Notes: generated by a model from the letters alone, not told the origin. A DNA stretch of 63,797 nt, filler included, from Octopus bimaculoides (GCF_001194135.2; 6 parts of 6 records of this genome joined end to end with filler, not necessarily neighbours in it), one strand, 5' to 3'. Numbered from the whole stretch's first letter, positions 1 through 12,949 are shown. A program made the numbers and translations.

Positions 1-282
1 TTGTAAGCGTATTTCTCGAGTGGTTGGGTCAGAGACAATGGTGCAAATTCTTTTAGCTAAATTAAAGGGGATATTTATCTTGGTGTGTTTTGGGTGGCAT
101 GAGCTGAAAAGGAGGTATTGTTGTGAGTCTGTAGGTTTGTGGTAGATGTCGGTTGTGATTTGGTTATTAGGTGTTTTTATAATTAAGAGATCAAGAAAAG
201 GGAGATGATGTTTGCTGAATTCCATAGTGAATTGAATGCTGGGATGTATGTTATTAAGTATGGATTTGAATTCTAGAAAAAC
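1..282 (-). mobile_element. Penelope-like element, RT C-terminal/thumb fragment (runs off window)
   Basis: My translation is stop-free: FLEFKSILNNIHPSIQFTMEFSKHHLPFLDLLIIKTPNNQITTDIYHKPTDSQQYLLFSSCHPKHTKINIPFNLAKRICTIVSD. Contains typical PLE motifs (IQFTME, LPFLD, DIYHKPT, SCHP). Confidence 0.9.
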
Positions 283-299
283 TTCAAATGACTGAAACA

Positions 300-519
300 A
301 GTGTGTGTATGTCTGTTTGTGCGTCTGTGTTTGTCCCCCATCATCGCTTGACAACCAATGCTGGTGTGTTTACCTCCCCGTAACACTAGCGGTTCGGCAA
401 AAGAGACCGATAGAATAAGTACTAGGCTTACAAAGAATAAGTCCTGGAGTCGATTTACTCGACTAAAGGTGGTGCTCCATCATGGCTACAGTCAAATGAC
501 TGAAACAAGTAAAAGAGTA
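300..519 (+). mobile_element. SINE family A, 3' half
   Basis: Near-identical to 35570-35734 (catcgcttgacaacc...ggttcggcaaaagagaccgatagaataag...tcaaatgactgaaacaagtaaaagag). Confidence 0.85.
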
Positions 520-560
520 ATTATTAAAATATATAACGTAGAGCATAGGAAGTAGAATAG

Positions 561-620
561 TATCTTACAGCTGTTTCAGCCATGAAGGCATAGTACTCTG
601 CTTTATTTCCATCCCTTCAG
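561..620 (-). ncRNA. Degenerate hammerhead-like motif (PLE pLTR type)
   Basis: Minus strand reads CTGAAGG...GAAAC-AGCT-GTA. Same 3' half as 57450-57498, but core A9 is changed to G and the stems are weak. Confidence 0.35.
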
Positions 621-2061
621 TGAACTGAAATATTTGGTAGATAAGATTAAGGTACTTGGGTGTGCCTCTGGGATTCCTCAGAGAGTTTAGAAAGGTCATA
701 AGGTTAAGTTATAAATATAAATGCATACATATATACACACTTTTACATATGCATAAATAAACATAAATACATATCTATACATTTATATATAAATGTATAT
801 GCATAAAAGAAATCAATTATTATTATTATTAGGTGTATTATATTATTCCTATTAGATAAAGTATAAACAGAGAAAAGAAAAAAAATTATCAAAAGAGAAA
901 TAATAGTGGAATTTAAATGATCAATCTATCTTAAGATTATTGTAGTTACGTAGGAATGAAAAGGCATATAAATGAGGAATACACACACACACACACACAC
1001 ACACANNNNNNNNNNNNNNNNNNNNNNNNNNNNNNNNNNNNNNNNNNNNNNNNNNNNNNNNNNNNNNNNNNNNNNNNNNNNNNNNNNNNNNNNNNNNNNN
1101 NNNNNNNNNNNNNNNNNNNNNNNNNNNNNNNNNNNNNNNNNNNNNNNNNNNNNNNNNNNNNNNNNNNNNNNNNNNNNNNNNNNNNNNNNNNNNNNNNNNN
1201 NNNNNNNNNNNNNNNNNNNNNNNNNNNNNNNNNNNNNNNNNNNNNNNNNNNNNNNNNNNNNNNNNNNNNNNNNNNNNNNNNNNNNNNNNNNNNNNNNNNN
1301 NNNNNNNNNNNNNNNNNNNNNNNNNNNNNNNNNNNNNNNNNNNNNNNNNNNNNNNNNNNNNNNNNNNNNNNNNNNNNNNNNNNNNNNNNNNNNNNNNNNN
1401 NNNNNNNNNNNNNNNNNNNNNNNNNNNNNNNNNNNNNNNNNNNNNNNNNNNNNNNNNNNNNNNNNNNNNNNNNNNNNNNNNNNNNNNNNNNNNNNNNNNN
1501 NNNNNNNNNNNNNNNNNNNNNNNNNNNNNNNNNNNNNNNNNNNNNNNNNNNNNNNNNNNNNNNNNNNNNNNNNNNNNNNNNNNNNNNNNNNNNNNNNNNN
1601 NNNNNNNNNNNNNNNNNNNNNNNNNNNNNNNNNNNNNNNNNNNNNNNNNNNNNNNNNNNNNNNNNNNNNNNNNNNNNNNNNNNNNNNNNNNNNNNNNNNN
1701 NNNNNNNNNNNNNNNNNNNNNNNNNNNNNNNNNNNNNNNNNNNNNNNNNNNNNNNNNNNNNNNNNNNNNNNNNNNNNNNNNNNNNNNNNNNNNNNNNNNN
1801 NNNNNNNNNNNNNNNNNNNNNNNNNNNNNNNNNNNNNNNNNNNNNNNNNNNNNNNNNNNNNNNNNNNNNNNNNNNNNNNNNNNNNNNNTATATATAAAAT
1901 TTCACAGCATTTAATTCAATTTAATCTCTTATTATGTTTTATCAAAATGTCAAACACCACGTCATAATGAGGTCAACCGCAAAAATTTTAATGTCTTTTG
2001 TTTTACGTATTTCAACATCATCTTCGTTCTTTCTGTCTACAACAGTTTCCAAGTTACTTCA

Positions 2062-2095
<34 letters not shown>

Positions 2096-2111
2096 CAACA
2101 ACAACAACAAC

Positions 2112-2142
<31 letters not shown>

Positions 2143-4684
2143 GAAGGGGGATACAAAACTAAACCACATAAACGTTTATATATATAATGAAAAGTTGTTG
2201 TGCTTTGTAATTATATAATACATACATTTATATATGTATATACATGTATGTGTACGTATATATAAGTACACATATATACGTATATATATACATATATATA
2301 TATAAAATAAACAAAAATCTAATTACAATCCAATCTCATTAACTGTGCTAATGAAACGAATGATTGCATTATTTGAAACAAATGATTGTTTATTTGATCT
2401 AAAACCAATTAAAGTTCATTAGAATGACAAATATCTTTAAATATTTCAATATATACAAATTATTCTGTTAGAGACATCAATTATAGGCAGACTTGTTTGA
2501 ACTGAATAGACTTGCGCTTTCTTCCAATATCTCTGTAAAACAACGAAGACAATCAATCATTTATTTATATATTTATTATTTAAGCGTTTTTTTTTGTTTA
2601 TTGTATCATGATTAATTGCAGCGACTGAGTGAAAGAAAATAGAACGTCGTCGTCAGATTAAATAGTTTTTCTGTCCGAGTTTCGTTGATTTACTTTTTCT
2701 ACTGAGTTTCAAACTCATCCTTTAATATTTTTGCCCTTAAGATTTTGTCTGTAGGAATCGATTAAATACTTACCAGTTATGTACTTGAATTGTCATGCTG
2801 CTTTACATATTCTATGTTCTTAGAAATTTTTATCAAAAAGAAAAAGTGAGAATTAAAAATTTTAAATGGGCAACGATAAAATGTTCAATGGGGTGACATT
2901 AAACATGGAGTAGAAAGTGAAAGAAATGGCTTATACTTTTTAGTTTCATCCGCAAACCCTCTAATTTGTAATATTTGCCTTTAGACGACTTAAATCTCTC
3001 AAAGCTTCCCGAAAACTACCAATAAATATGCACCAGTCTTATACCAGAATTCAGAGTTCAATATTCCTGAAGACTTTATCAATATAAAATAACAGTTGTA
3101 TTCATTATTGTTCCTTAGAGCCAGAATTGGCAGAATCAGTATGTCGGACAAAATATTTTGTCATATTTCTTTGCGATAGTTACATTTGGTATTCATATGT
3201 TGCCGGCGCCAGGTTTGCCTTTCGTTAGTCTGCAATCTATGAAATACTTTCGAATTTTGGCACAAAGCCAATAATTTTACAGGAAGAAGGTTAGTCAATA
3301 CCGTTGGATCCATTACATGACTTATAGTTTATTTAGCCACCCTAGAAGTGATGAAAGCAAATGTCGTCTACGATGGGGTTTGAAACCAGAACGTAAACAG
3401 CTGGGAGAAAATATCGCATTGTATTTCGTTCTGTGCGTTAGCAATTCTGCCAGATCGTCGCTCTCTGGTCTCTATACAATAATCTATATCAAAGACTTAG
3501 ACATAGTTCTGTAGTGAATCTTAGAATTTATAAAGATGGGGCTTAACCCTGTGTCTATTCAGCATAAACAATTTGCCAACCTGAACGGGCTGTAGCGGTC
3601 CGTCGCAAGGTTAACTTCCCAGATGTTGCTGAAACTCATTTACAGCTGAGTCGACTGGAGCAACGTAATATGAAGTGTTTTTCTCAAGAATGCAAAGCAC
3701 TGCCCGATCCGGAAGTCGAAACCACAATCATACAATTTTAACTGCAACACTCTAACTACTAGGCCAGGCGCCTTCACTCATAAGCCCTAAGATTGTGAAT
3801 GCGTCACTAACCGCTAGGTCATGCGCATTGAGAACATTAAAGAACTGAAGTAAAATTTTATAACTTACCACCTCTCTCTGTACACAAAATGCTTTCTCTT
3901 TTTCCCAGTGTTGGAAATTATTATTTCTTTTGTTGATTTCGTTTTGTGTTGTTATTTGCTTGTGCTCATGACATTTGGAAATATTTCTCAATCTTCTTTT
4001 CATGTTTGCATATCGGCAGCAAATTATAAACTGTTGAAGTCAGAACTGGTGAGAATTGATGAGATTTCACACATAAAACTCAAGTCTTTCCTTTCGACCC
4101 TTTTGATTCTGTCGCAGAATCGCAGTTCTGAATCATTGAACCATAAAATTATATCGCAGCATGTATGTATGATAGCACGCTACAAATATAGACTCATAGT
4201 AGAGGAAGTAAAAATCAATCTAAGAAGTATTCCGAACATAGATACACTACTTAGTGGAAAATATAAACATATTTCAAATGTAATTATCATTCATCTTGTA
4301 TATGTTGTGTTATATGTGTATGTCGGTCAGTATCTGTATGTAAGCGTATCCTTGTATGTTAAAGTATATCCATAAATCGATGCCAATTTGTGTCTGCGTT
4401 ATGTATTTAAATGGATACTTTATATATTCATATGATCAAATATCTATATGTCTGTTTCTCAATGAGTGCAGGTATAAATATCTGTGTTTCTCATTGAGTG
4501 TATATCTACATACCACAGTTTCTCTATACGCCTGTGTTTGTATCACTGTGTACAGCTTTCTGTCAGTGTATGTCTGTATATGTATGTTAATATGTATATA
4601 TTTAAGTATATTGGTGAATATGGATATGGAAGTGAATATCTGTATGTCAGTGTACGTATGCTGGATAAAGATCTATATGTTGGT

Positions 4685-4891
4685 TATAAACTTTGGCACA
4701 AGGCAAGTAACTTAGGGGGAATGGTTAAGTCGAATACATCGACCCCAGTGTTAAACTGGTACTATTTTATCAACTCGGAAAAGATGAAAGGCATTGTCAA
4801 TCTCTGCGAAATTTGAACACAGAACGTAAAGACGAACGAAATACTGCTAAGCATTTTGCCCGGCACGCTAACGATTTTGTCTGCTCACCGC
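4685..4891 (-). mobile_element. SINE family B (ggcggcgagctggcagaa... head)
   Basis: Reverse complement matches the copies at 25311, 43032 and 58203; tRNA-like head with gttcaaatt B-box. Confidence 0.8.
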
Positions 4892-5248
4892 CTCGTAAAG
4901 ATCTATATATTGGTACATATGTGTATGTGTTTCTGTCTATCTATATATACCTAAATCTCTATATGCCTGTGTGTGTTCCAGATTTTTATGTCAGTATATA
5001 TTTGTATATCTGTATATCCACACAAGTTTGAATATTAGTGAATATCTGATGGCCAATGTACATCTGTATACCTGCTTATGGTTGTATGCCAGTCAAGATC
5101 TATATATATCACTATATATTTGTATGTTTGTAAATCTGTATAGGGTTGAATTTTAGTGAATGTCTGTAAACCAACGAATATCTGTATATCTGTGTAAGCT
5201 TGCGTGTATATATATATATATATATATATATACATTGAAATTTCGGTG

Positions 5249-5528
5249 TACGACTGTGAGCTGAAAGTTAACAAGCTGACTATGAAAGAATGATGCTAAA
5301 GCTATAAAATCTTGCATGCATTCATTTCAACTTTTTGTATTAATAGCTGCATTGTTTGTTTCCAGGTAAACTGACATCTCACTGTCCAAAGAATTCAAAA
5401 GTAACTAGTAGCAACTTCCGTTGAAAATTGACAAAATTAGGCATCGTGGTATCATCAAGTACCTGCAAAAAAAGAAAACGGTTTAGCCCTCAACAACATT
5501 CATATTGACATGGTTGCTACATTATGGA
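5249..5528 (+). mobile_element. mariner (DD34D) 5' fragment
   Basis: TIR-like tacga..gtgagctgaaagtt followed by HRGIIKYLQKK-GLA..IHIDMVATL. Homologous to 42994-43400. Confidence 0.7.
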
Positions 5529-6915
5529 ATCCCAGTTCTTCCTTGCCCTCGTACGTCCTACACATTACATAGTTCAGAACGATGGCGAAGAGATAAGGCG
5601 CTAGCGTATCGCCCTGTAATTTGCCGGTTATGGCTTCAAAGTATTCCGTCTCTCCATCAGGAGTGATCACTTTCGCTCTGGTGTTCTCATGCAGCTTACT
5701 TATTGCCCTCAGAATTCTTGGTGGAATATCATATGCTTTAAGTATCTTCATCATCATTCCTCTATGTACTGAATCAAAAACCTTTTTAAAGTCTACATAG
5801 ATAATGGTAGCCTACTTGTTATGACTTTTAACTCTCTCTATCAATCTTCTAATGTGCGACAATGTGAAATGTTGTTGACCGTCCTGATCTGAATCCATTT
5901 TGATTTGGTCGCAATTGTTTGTCTATCTTGTATTCGGTTGTATTCGGTTAAGTATCATCTTGTTGACCATTTTTGCAACAATGGATGACAGACTGATTCC
6001 TCTGTAATTCCGAGTATCACTTAGGTCTCCAGTTTTGGGCAGTGGTAGCAAGTCTATTTCAGACCATTGCTCTGGCTTCTCATTGTCATTTAGTAGTTTG
6101 TTTGCAAATTCAAGGATGATGTCTAAATCACATCTTTTTAGTACTTCTGGTGGGATGTTGTCAGGACCAGTTTGTTTTCCTTCTTTCGAGTTACTTGTAG
6201 CTCTTTCTATTTCTTATTTTGTGAAGTCTCTACTTTCGATTTGCAAACCGTCAAGTATCTTTGCTAATTTCTCATTTTCTGTTTCACTGTCAACAACTGA
6301 ATCCTTCCCAAGTAAGTTGTAGAAATGAATGTATTACGTCTTGATTCTCTCATCCTGTGATTTCCCTTTGAAGATTCTCTGCTTTGCAGCTTTGCGACCT
6401 GTGATGGAGTTAATCAGCCTCCAGCTTTCTCCGTCCTCACTCTTTGCGTCTGCATTTTCGATCTGGAAGATCATTTCATCTAGTTCCACTTTTTGAATCT
6501 CTTGGTACACTTGTTTTAGACACTCTTTCTTTCTTTGTAAAGATTGTTTAGTATCGTTGTTCGCAGCTTTTTGATAGTTGCTGAATACCTCTTGTACTGC
6601 GTGCTTTTTTCTACCCTAGGATAATCAGATAACTTTCTCCATTTCTTCCTCTTCTTTATCGGTATCAGTTTTGCAGCCGCTTCATTTGATTGCACAAACT
6701 TGCCATATTGCTCTGTAACAGTTGTTGGATAGTTCACCAAATCTGTTACGCACTGTAACCATATAAAGCTGTTGAAGTTCTGTATTTTGGTAGACCAATC
6801 GTAGAATTTTTTATTGCAGGAGTTTTGCTTGTACGTAGACTAAGATGTAGTCTGGTTGTCACTAAGCGATGGTCACTCCTAAAGATGCTAAAGCTGTTAT
6901 ATGCTTCTACATTGT

Positions 6916-7005
6916 ACATTATTTACATTACTTACATTCGACGGATATTTGTCCTCATCTTGTTGTTCGGCTGGGTTCCCATTCCTAAGTTATTTTTATA
7001 TGTTA

Positions 7006-7079
<74 letters not shown>

Positions 7080-7758
7080 GCTCAGGTCACTGCTTGGAAT
7101 TGAACTCGGAATCTTGGGATTAATAGCTCGCACCATATGCTCGTGGGCAATATTGGAGTGAATTTTAGGGCTTATAAATCTAATATTTTTCTATTCTTCC
7201 TTAATACCGGTTCCCATATGCTAATCATATCTGCAATTATGAAGAAGAGGGAGGATAAGGCCAATAAACTGTCCACATTCTGTCTACCCTANNNNNNNNN
7301 NAAAAATGGACCCCATCTCCCCCTGTGGGATGAAGTTAAAATAATAGACAGAGAACACCACTGAAAAATATGAAAACTAAAAGAAGCAGCACATATGCTA
7401 GGACACAACAACCTCCAAAGCAGACCGAGTGCAGATATGAGCAGCGGTATTAAGGAAGGATAGAAAAATATTAGATTTATAAGCCCTAAAATTCACTCCA
7501 TAATTGCCGACGGGCATATGGCGTAGTGGTTAAGAACGCGGGCTACTAACCCCAAGATTCCGACAACAACAACAACAACAACAACAAAATACCTTGGGAA
7601 TGAGAACCCAGGTTCCAAATTTTCCCAAGACACCTGAAGAAGGCTGGAGGGTATATCAGCCGAAACGCTGTGTCAACAACAAAGAAGAAGAGGACAAATA
7701 TCCGTCGAATGTAAATAATGTAAATAATATACATAATTCCTCAACTCCTAAATATAGA
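6916..7758. mobile_element. Inverted pair of Penelope terminal (pLTR) modules with a 13-bp target-site duplication
   Basis: About 6916-7230 is the reverse complement of about 7440-7730. GCTTCTACATTGT is repeated directly at 6903-6915 and 7759-7771. The + arm encodes a GIY-YIG C-terminus (KNGPHLPLWDEVKIIDREHH). Confidence 0.85.
7631..7712 (+). ncRNA. Hammerhead ribozyme motif in PLE pLTR
   Basis: CTGAAGA 7634-7640; stem II GGCTG/CAGCC 7642-7661; GAAAC 7662-7666; putative GTC cleavage triplet 7704-7706. Stem I pairing is poor. Confidence 0.6.
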
Positions 7759-8620
7759 GCTTCTACATTGTGTTCAGAATTCTTCCATTTCTTTATTAAT
7801 CAGTATGTAATCAATTTGGGACTTGCTACCATTCATGTCGAGATAAATGTCCATTGGTTTCCTTTCTTTTTCCTGAACAGGAGAAGCTGGCCTTTCTTGT
7901 TGGTCTCCTTATGGAGACCAACAAGAATGGCAGTCTGTCTGTCTGTCTGTCTGTCTGTACATGTAGCGGACAAATGAGCATTAAAATCACCGCATTCTAA
8001 GGTAACATGGTGTATTGGTATTTCATTGATCGCATTTGTGACTGTTTCGTAGTACTTCTCTACATCCTTGCTTCCCACTGAGTGCATAGATATTAACTAC
8101 TGTGGTGGATGGGTTTCCATTGAATGTGGCTGTTACTATTCTGTCATTTACTGGTATTACTTCGGCCAATGCTTTCTCTGCCAAACTGTTGATTACTAAT
8201 CCTACCCCTCCTGCTGCAGCACCTTTAGTACTTCTCCATGAACTTGTTGTTTTTAATGAGCAGCCGTCAAGTCCATCTCCAGACGTTTCTCTTTTTCTCT
8301 AAGTGTTCTTACATTGATTGTTCCAATTTGCAGATACATTTTACTATTTATAAGTTTGAATTCTTTATTTTCACCATCAGCTACTTTTCTTCCAGTTGGA
8401 TTTAAAGAAAGACCTTCATCAATGTCTATGCGACTTGCTTGAACATCTGGAATGTCGGAGTCTATACGCGCAGCCATCCACGAACTAGCAAAATAAATAC
8501 CATATGTATGTGTGTTCGATATTGTTTATATCTCCCAGCTGTTTTTAATTCATATTTGAATATACATATAAACATATATATGTTATCCATCCATCCATCC
8601 ATCCATCCATCCATCCATCC

Positions 8621-8701
<81 letters not shown>

Positions 8702-10369
8702 GCTAGCTAGCTGTCTGTCTGTCTATCTATACATACATAATACGTACATACATACATACATACATACATACATACATACATACATACGTACACATTACTG
8801 TACGTCTGAATGCTTCTCTAGAATAATTTGCATTTCCTTTTTAGAAGCTCGGTTTTCGATTTTCATATATTCACCATAATAAAATCATATAAATTAAGCA
8901 CAATATGAGACTTATACACGAAACACTGTGTCATTACGGCACAGATTTGGTCAACACAAACACACGCACATTCACATACACATACATACACACAAACATA
9001 CTCACACAAGCACATAAATACATAAATGTGTAACAATACGTATACACATGTGAATAAAAATTAACTCTTCAGAAAACATTATTATCTAAGTTTAATGTTA
9101 TCACTTTTTCTACATCACTCTTAGTTCCTGTTTGCCTCTACATCTTCATACACTCATATTACTAACCCAGTTACAGATATACGTACAAGCGAATACCCAT
9201 TTAGAAATATATAAATAATTCTTTCTTTGATCCGGTCTTTCTAACCAAATTTACTACTTCATTGATAGAGTAGATTTCTGAATATATATATATATATATA
9301 TGTACTTTTTCCTTAATAAAAATTTTATTTCATATGAATCNNNNNNNNNNNNNNNNNNNNNNNNNNNNNNNNNNNNNNNNNNNNNNNNNNNNNNNNNNNN
9401 NNNNNNNNNNNNNNNNNNNNNNNNNNNNNNNNNNNNNNNNNNNNNNNNNNNNNNNNNNNNNNNNNNNNNNNNNNNNNNNNNNNNNNNNNNNNNNNNNNNN
9501 NNNNNNNNNNNNNNNNNNNNNNNNNNNNNNNNNNNNNNNNNNNNNNNNNNNNNNNNNNNNNNNNNNNNNNNNNNNNNNNNNNNNNNNNNNNNNNNNNNNN
9601 NNNNNNNNNNNNNNNNNNNNNNNNNNNNNNNNNNNNNNNNNNNNNNNNNNNNNNNNNNNNNNNNNNNNNNNNNNNNNNNNNNNNNNNNNNNNNNNNNNNN
9701 NNNNNNNNNNNNNNNNNNNNNNNNNNNNNNNNNNNNNNNNNNNNNNNNNNNNNNNNNNNNNNNNNNNNNNNNNNNNNNNNNNNNNNNNNNNNNNNNNNNN
9801 NNNNNNNNNNNNNNNNNNNNNNNNNNNNNNNNNNNNNNNNNNNNNNNNNNNNNNNNNNNNNNNNNNNNNNNNNNNNNNNNNNNNNNNNNNNNNNNNNNNN
9901 NNNNNNNNNNNNNNNNNNNNNNNNNNNNNNNNNNNNNNNNNNNNNNNNNNNNNNNNNNNNNNNNNNNNNNNNNNNNNNNNNNNNNNNNNNNNNNNNNNNN
10001 NNNNNNNNNNNNNNNNNNNNNNNNNNNNNNNNNNNNNNNNNNNNNNNNNNNNNNNNNNNNNNNNNNNNNNNNNNNNNNNNNNNNNNNNNNNNNNNNNNNN
10101 NNNNNNNNNNNNNNNNNNNNNNNNNNNNNNNNNNNNNNNNNNNNNNNNNNNNNNNNNNNNNNNNNNNNNNNNNNNNNNNNNNNNNNNNNNNNNNNNNNNN
10201 NNNNNNNNNNNNNNNNNNNNNNNNNNNNNNNNNNNNNNNNNNNNNNNNNNNNNNNNNNNNNNCTGTCGTCTAAATTATGAAAATGAAAATAACAGTAACA
10301 TCTCATTTTAACAGATATTTTTACCAAAATACATAAAAATATCTTGAAATACTAAAGAGTAAATTTATT

Positions 10370-11030
10370 CAATAAAATCGCCACTACCTTCAACCATAGC
10401 CTCCAGACAATTTCGGAATCTCCTGCAACTCTTCTGGACGGTCACCTTGTTTAAGTTGGGTAATGCTGACATAATCCTTGCCTTCAGTTTTGTTGGTCTC
10501 TCGCTCAACTGCGCCCCACACATAATAATCAATGGGTTTCCAGTCTAAGGAGTTAGGTCGCCAGATGTTAGGGGTGACGTGAGTGCAGAAATTGTCTAAC
10601 AACCACGACTGGGTTCTCCTGCTTGTGTGGTATGGTTCAGAGTCCTGTTACCAGACATAGAGTCTTCCAGCAGCCATTTCCTGACCCAGGACAGCACTAC
10701 CTCCTCCAGGCACTTAATGTAGGCATCCGTGTTGAGTCTGAGGCCATGTGGGAAGATGAATGGAGGCATAACGTCGCCATCACTAATGATCATTCCAAAT
10801 ACCATGATGTTGACTGGTTGTTTGATTTTTATCACTCTCAGTACATGTTTTGTGGACACGGAAAGCTAATGCTTGGTCTGTGTGTTCACCATCTGTTCGT
10901 ATTGGAGCTTCATTAGTGTAGAGAATCAACAATTCTACTAAAAGATACAATGATATTTTGTTCGAGAGTATAAAAGAATTTATTCATAATTTTCTTATAA
11001 AAATGTAAGGTTTTTTCGGTTATTAAATGC
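10370..11030 (-). mobile_element. Tc1/mariner DD37D (maT-like) transposase fragment
   Basis: KQPVNIMVFGMIISDGDVMPPFIFPHGLRLNTDAYIKCLEEVVL and HVTPNIWRPNSLDWKPIDYYVWGAVERETNK (degenerate WPPNSPDCNPLDY motif). Confidence 0.85.
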
Positions 11031-11143
11031 CTTCGTCAGAAAAGTACGAAGAAACAAAATAAAACAAAACAACAAAGCAAAATCAAAAATGGGATTGAAG
11101 ACACACATGCAAACATGAATACCTACATAAATTCATATAGAAA

Positions 11144-11198
<55 letters not shown>

Positions 11199-11313
11199 GT
11201 CTATAACATATATACATATAATATATATATGCATGTTTATATATGTATGTATATATTTGTCTCTCTCTCTTTCTCTTTCTCTCTCTTTCTTTCTCTCTCT
11301 TTCNNNNNNNNNN

Positions 11314-11353
<40 letters not shown>

Positions 11354-11687
11354 GTGTGTGTACATGTTCATGTGTGTGCGCGCGCGTGTATTCCGATTCT
11401 GTGATAGCAACATTAAAGGACAAATCGATAAGCACTACAAAAGGCGAGGCATACAAAACAACTGCATGTTGTATTAGAGAGAAGTGAAAAGAATATTTCC
11501 ATGTTAGATATTTCTATGCTAGACGGTTTAGTCGGGAAATATTTAAAGAAGGGAGGTGGCATTAGAAAAAAATCCTTTAAAAAGGCTCGAAAAGTATGAT
11601 GCTGTTATATATAACGGTTATTGAAAATAACGAATAGGTAGTTCAAGTAATGTAAAATGAAAATTAGGACCAGTGTATGTGTTTGAC

Positions 11688-12066
11688 TGTGGAAGCGCAA
11701 TGGCCCAGTGGTTAGGGCAGCGGACTTGCGGTCATAGGATCGCGGTTTCGATTCCCAGACAGGACGTTGTGAGTGTTTATTGAGCGAAAATACCTAAAGC
11801 TCCACGAGGCTCCGGCAGCGAACCCTGCTGTACTATTTCACCACAACTTTCTCTCACTCTTTCTTCCTGTTTCTGTTGTGCCTGTAATTCAAAGGGCCAG
11901 CCTTTTCACACTGTGTCACGCTGAATATCCCCGAGAACTACGTTAAGGGTACACGTGTCTGTGGAGTGCTCAGCCACTTGCACGTTGATTTCACGAGCAG
12001 GCTGTTCCGTTGATCGGATCAAGTGGAACCTTCGACGTCGTAAGCGACGGAGTGCCAACAACAACA
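11688..12066 (+). mobile_element. tRNA-derived SINE family C with (CAA)n tail
   Basis: A-box-like tggcccagtgg, B-box-like ggtttcgattcc, about 370 bp body ending gtgccaacaacaaca. Confidence 0.75.
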
Positions 12067-12139
12067 TGTGTTTGACATGAAGTAGAATAACGAAATGATT
12101 GCTAATTGGGTGTAAGACAAATCGAATAAGTAGTCTGAT

Positions 12140-12660
12140 ATTCAATTCTATATTTGAGATGATGAATTATGTACATCATTTACGTTATTTACATTTGACG
12201 GATATTTTTCCTCATTTTGTTTGTTGTTAACACAATGTTTCGGCTGATGGACTCTCCAGCCATCATCAGGTGGGGGAATTTCGAACCTGGGTTCTCATTC
12301 CTAAGGTATTTTTCCGATATTATTATTATTATTACTATTGTCACTGTCCGAAATCGAACTCGGAATCTTGGGGTTAGTAGCCCGCACTCTTAATCACTAC
12401 GCCATATGCCCGTCAGTAATTATGGAGTGAATTTTACTGCTTATAAATCCAATATTTTCCTATACTTCCTTAATACCGGTTCCCATATGCTACCCATATC
12501 TGCACTCGGTCTGCCTAGGAGGTTCTTATTTCGTATTTTCCAGTAGTGTTCTCTATGTATTATTTTAACTTCATCCCACAGGGGGAGGTGGTCTCCATTT
12601 TTCCATACATGATCAGCTATACCCGATTTATCAATCTCTCCTCGTGTCACAGCTTTTTGA
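12140..12660 (-). mobile_element. Penelope terminal module (GIY-YIG C-terminus + tRNA-like head + hammerhead), third copy
   Basis: ORF 12441-12650 KSGIADHVWKNGDHLPLWDEVKII...SIWEPVLRK; tRNA-like segment 12340-12411; minus-strand CTGATGA-tggctg..cagcc-GAAAC at 12237-12269. Confidence 0.85.
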
Positions 12661-12949
12661 TGTTCGTCTATCCTTATTTTGAGGGGGCGGCACCTTGGGC
12701 TGGTGTCTTCTACTACAGCCTCGGGCCGAACAAAGCCTTGTGGGAAGGAAACTGAAAGAAGCCCGTTGCATATNNNNNNNNNNNNNNNNNNNNNNNNNNN
12801 NNNNNNNNNNNNNNNNNTTAATTAATTAANNNNNNNNNNNNNNNNNNNNNNNNNNNNNNNNNNNNNNNNNNNNGGTGGAGGAGGAAGAGGCAATGATGGC
12901 GGCGGCGGAGAAGGAAGAAACGGACAACTAAGGTATAAGGTTTTATTCT

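Larger units (their letters stand above)
5529..8480 (-). mobile_element. RTE-clade LINE, degraded (APE endonuclease + RT), interrupted by a PLE insertion at 6916-7758
   Basis: Fragments LQIGTINVRTL, CGDFNAHL, NVEAYNSFS..SDHR (endonuclease), and KILKAYDIPPRILRAISKLHENTRAKVITPDGETEYF...QGDTLAPYLF (RT); many frameshifts and stops. Confidence 0.88.

Noticed and set aside
946-1967. Long ORFs made of X residues (also 9254-10327, 18256-19266, 26918-28022, 28545-29608, 45065-46370, 50544-51464, 57488-57943)
   Set aside because: They are artefacts of N gaps lacking stop codons.
3908-5274. Overlapping 60-155 aa ORFs rich in Y/V/C/I (and similar HT/YI/CV ORFs throughout)
   Set aside because: They are translations of degenerate TA/TG/CA microsatellite sequence.
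12340-12411. tRNA gene call for tRNA-like sequences (also 7513-7562, 11695-11760, 35311-35390)
   Set aside because: They are embedded in repeats and lack a proper acceptor stem; they are SINE/PLE-derived heads.
12818-12829. Palindromic TTAATTAATTAA as a conserved regulatory site
   Set aside because: It is always embedded in N runs, which is typical of a synthetic six-frame-stop spacer.
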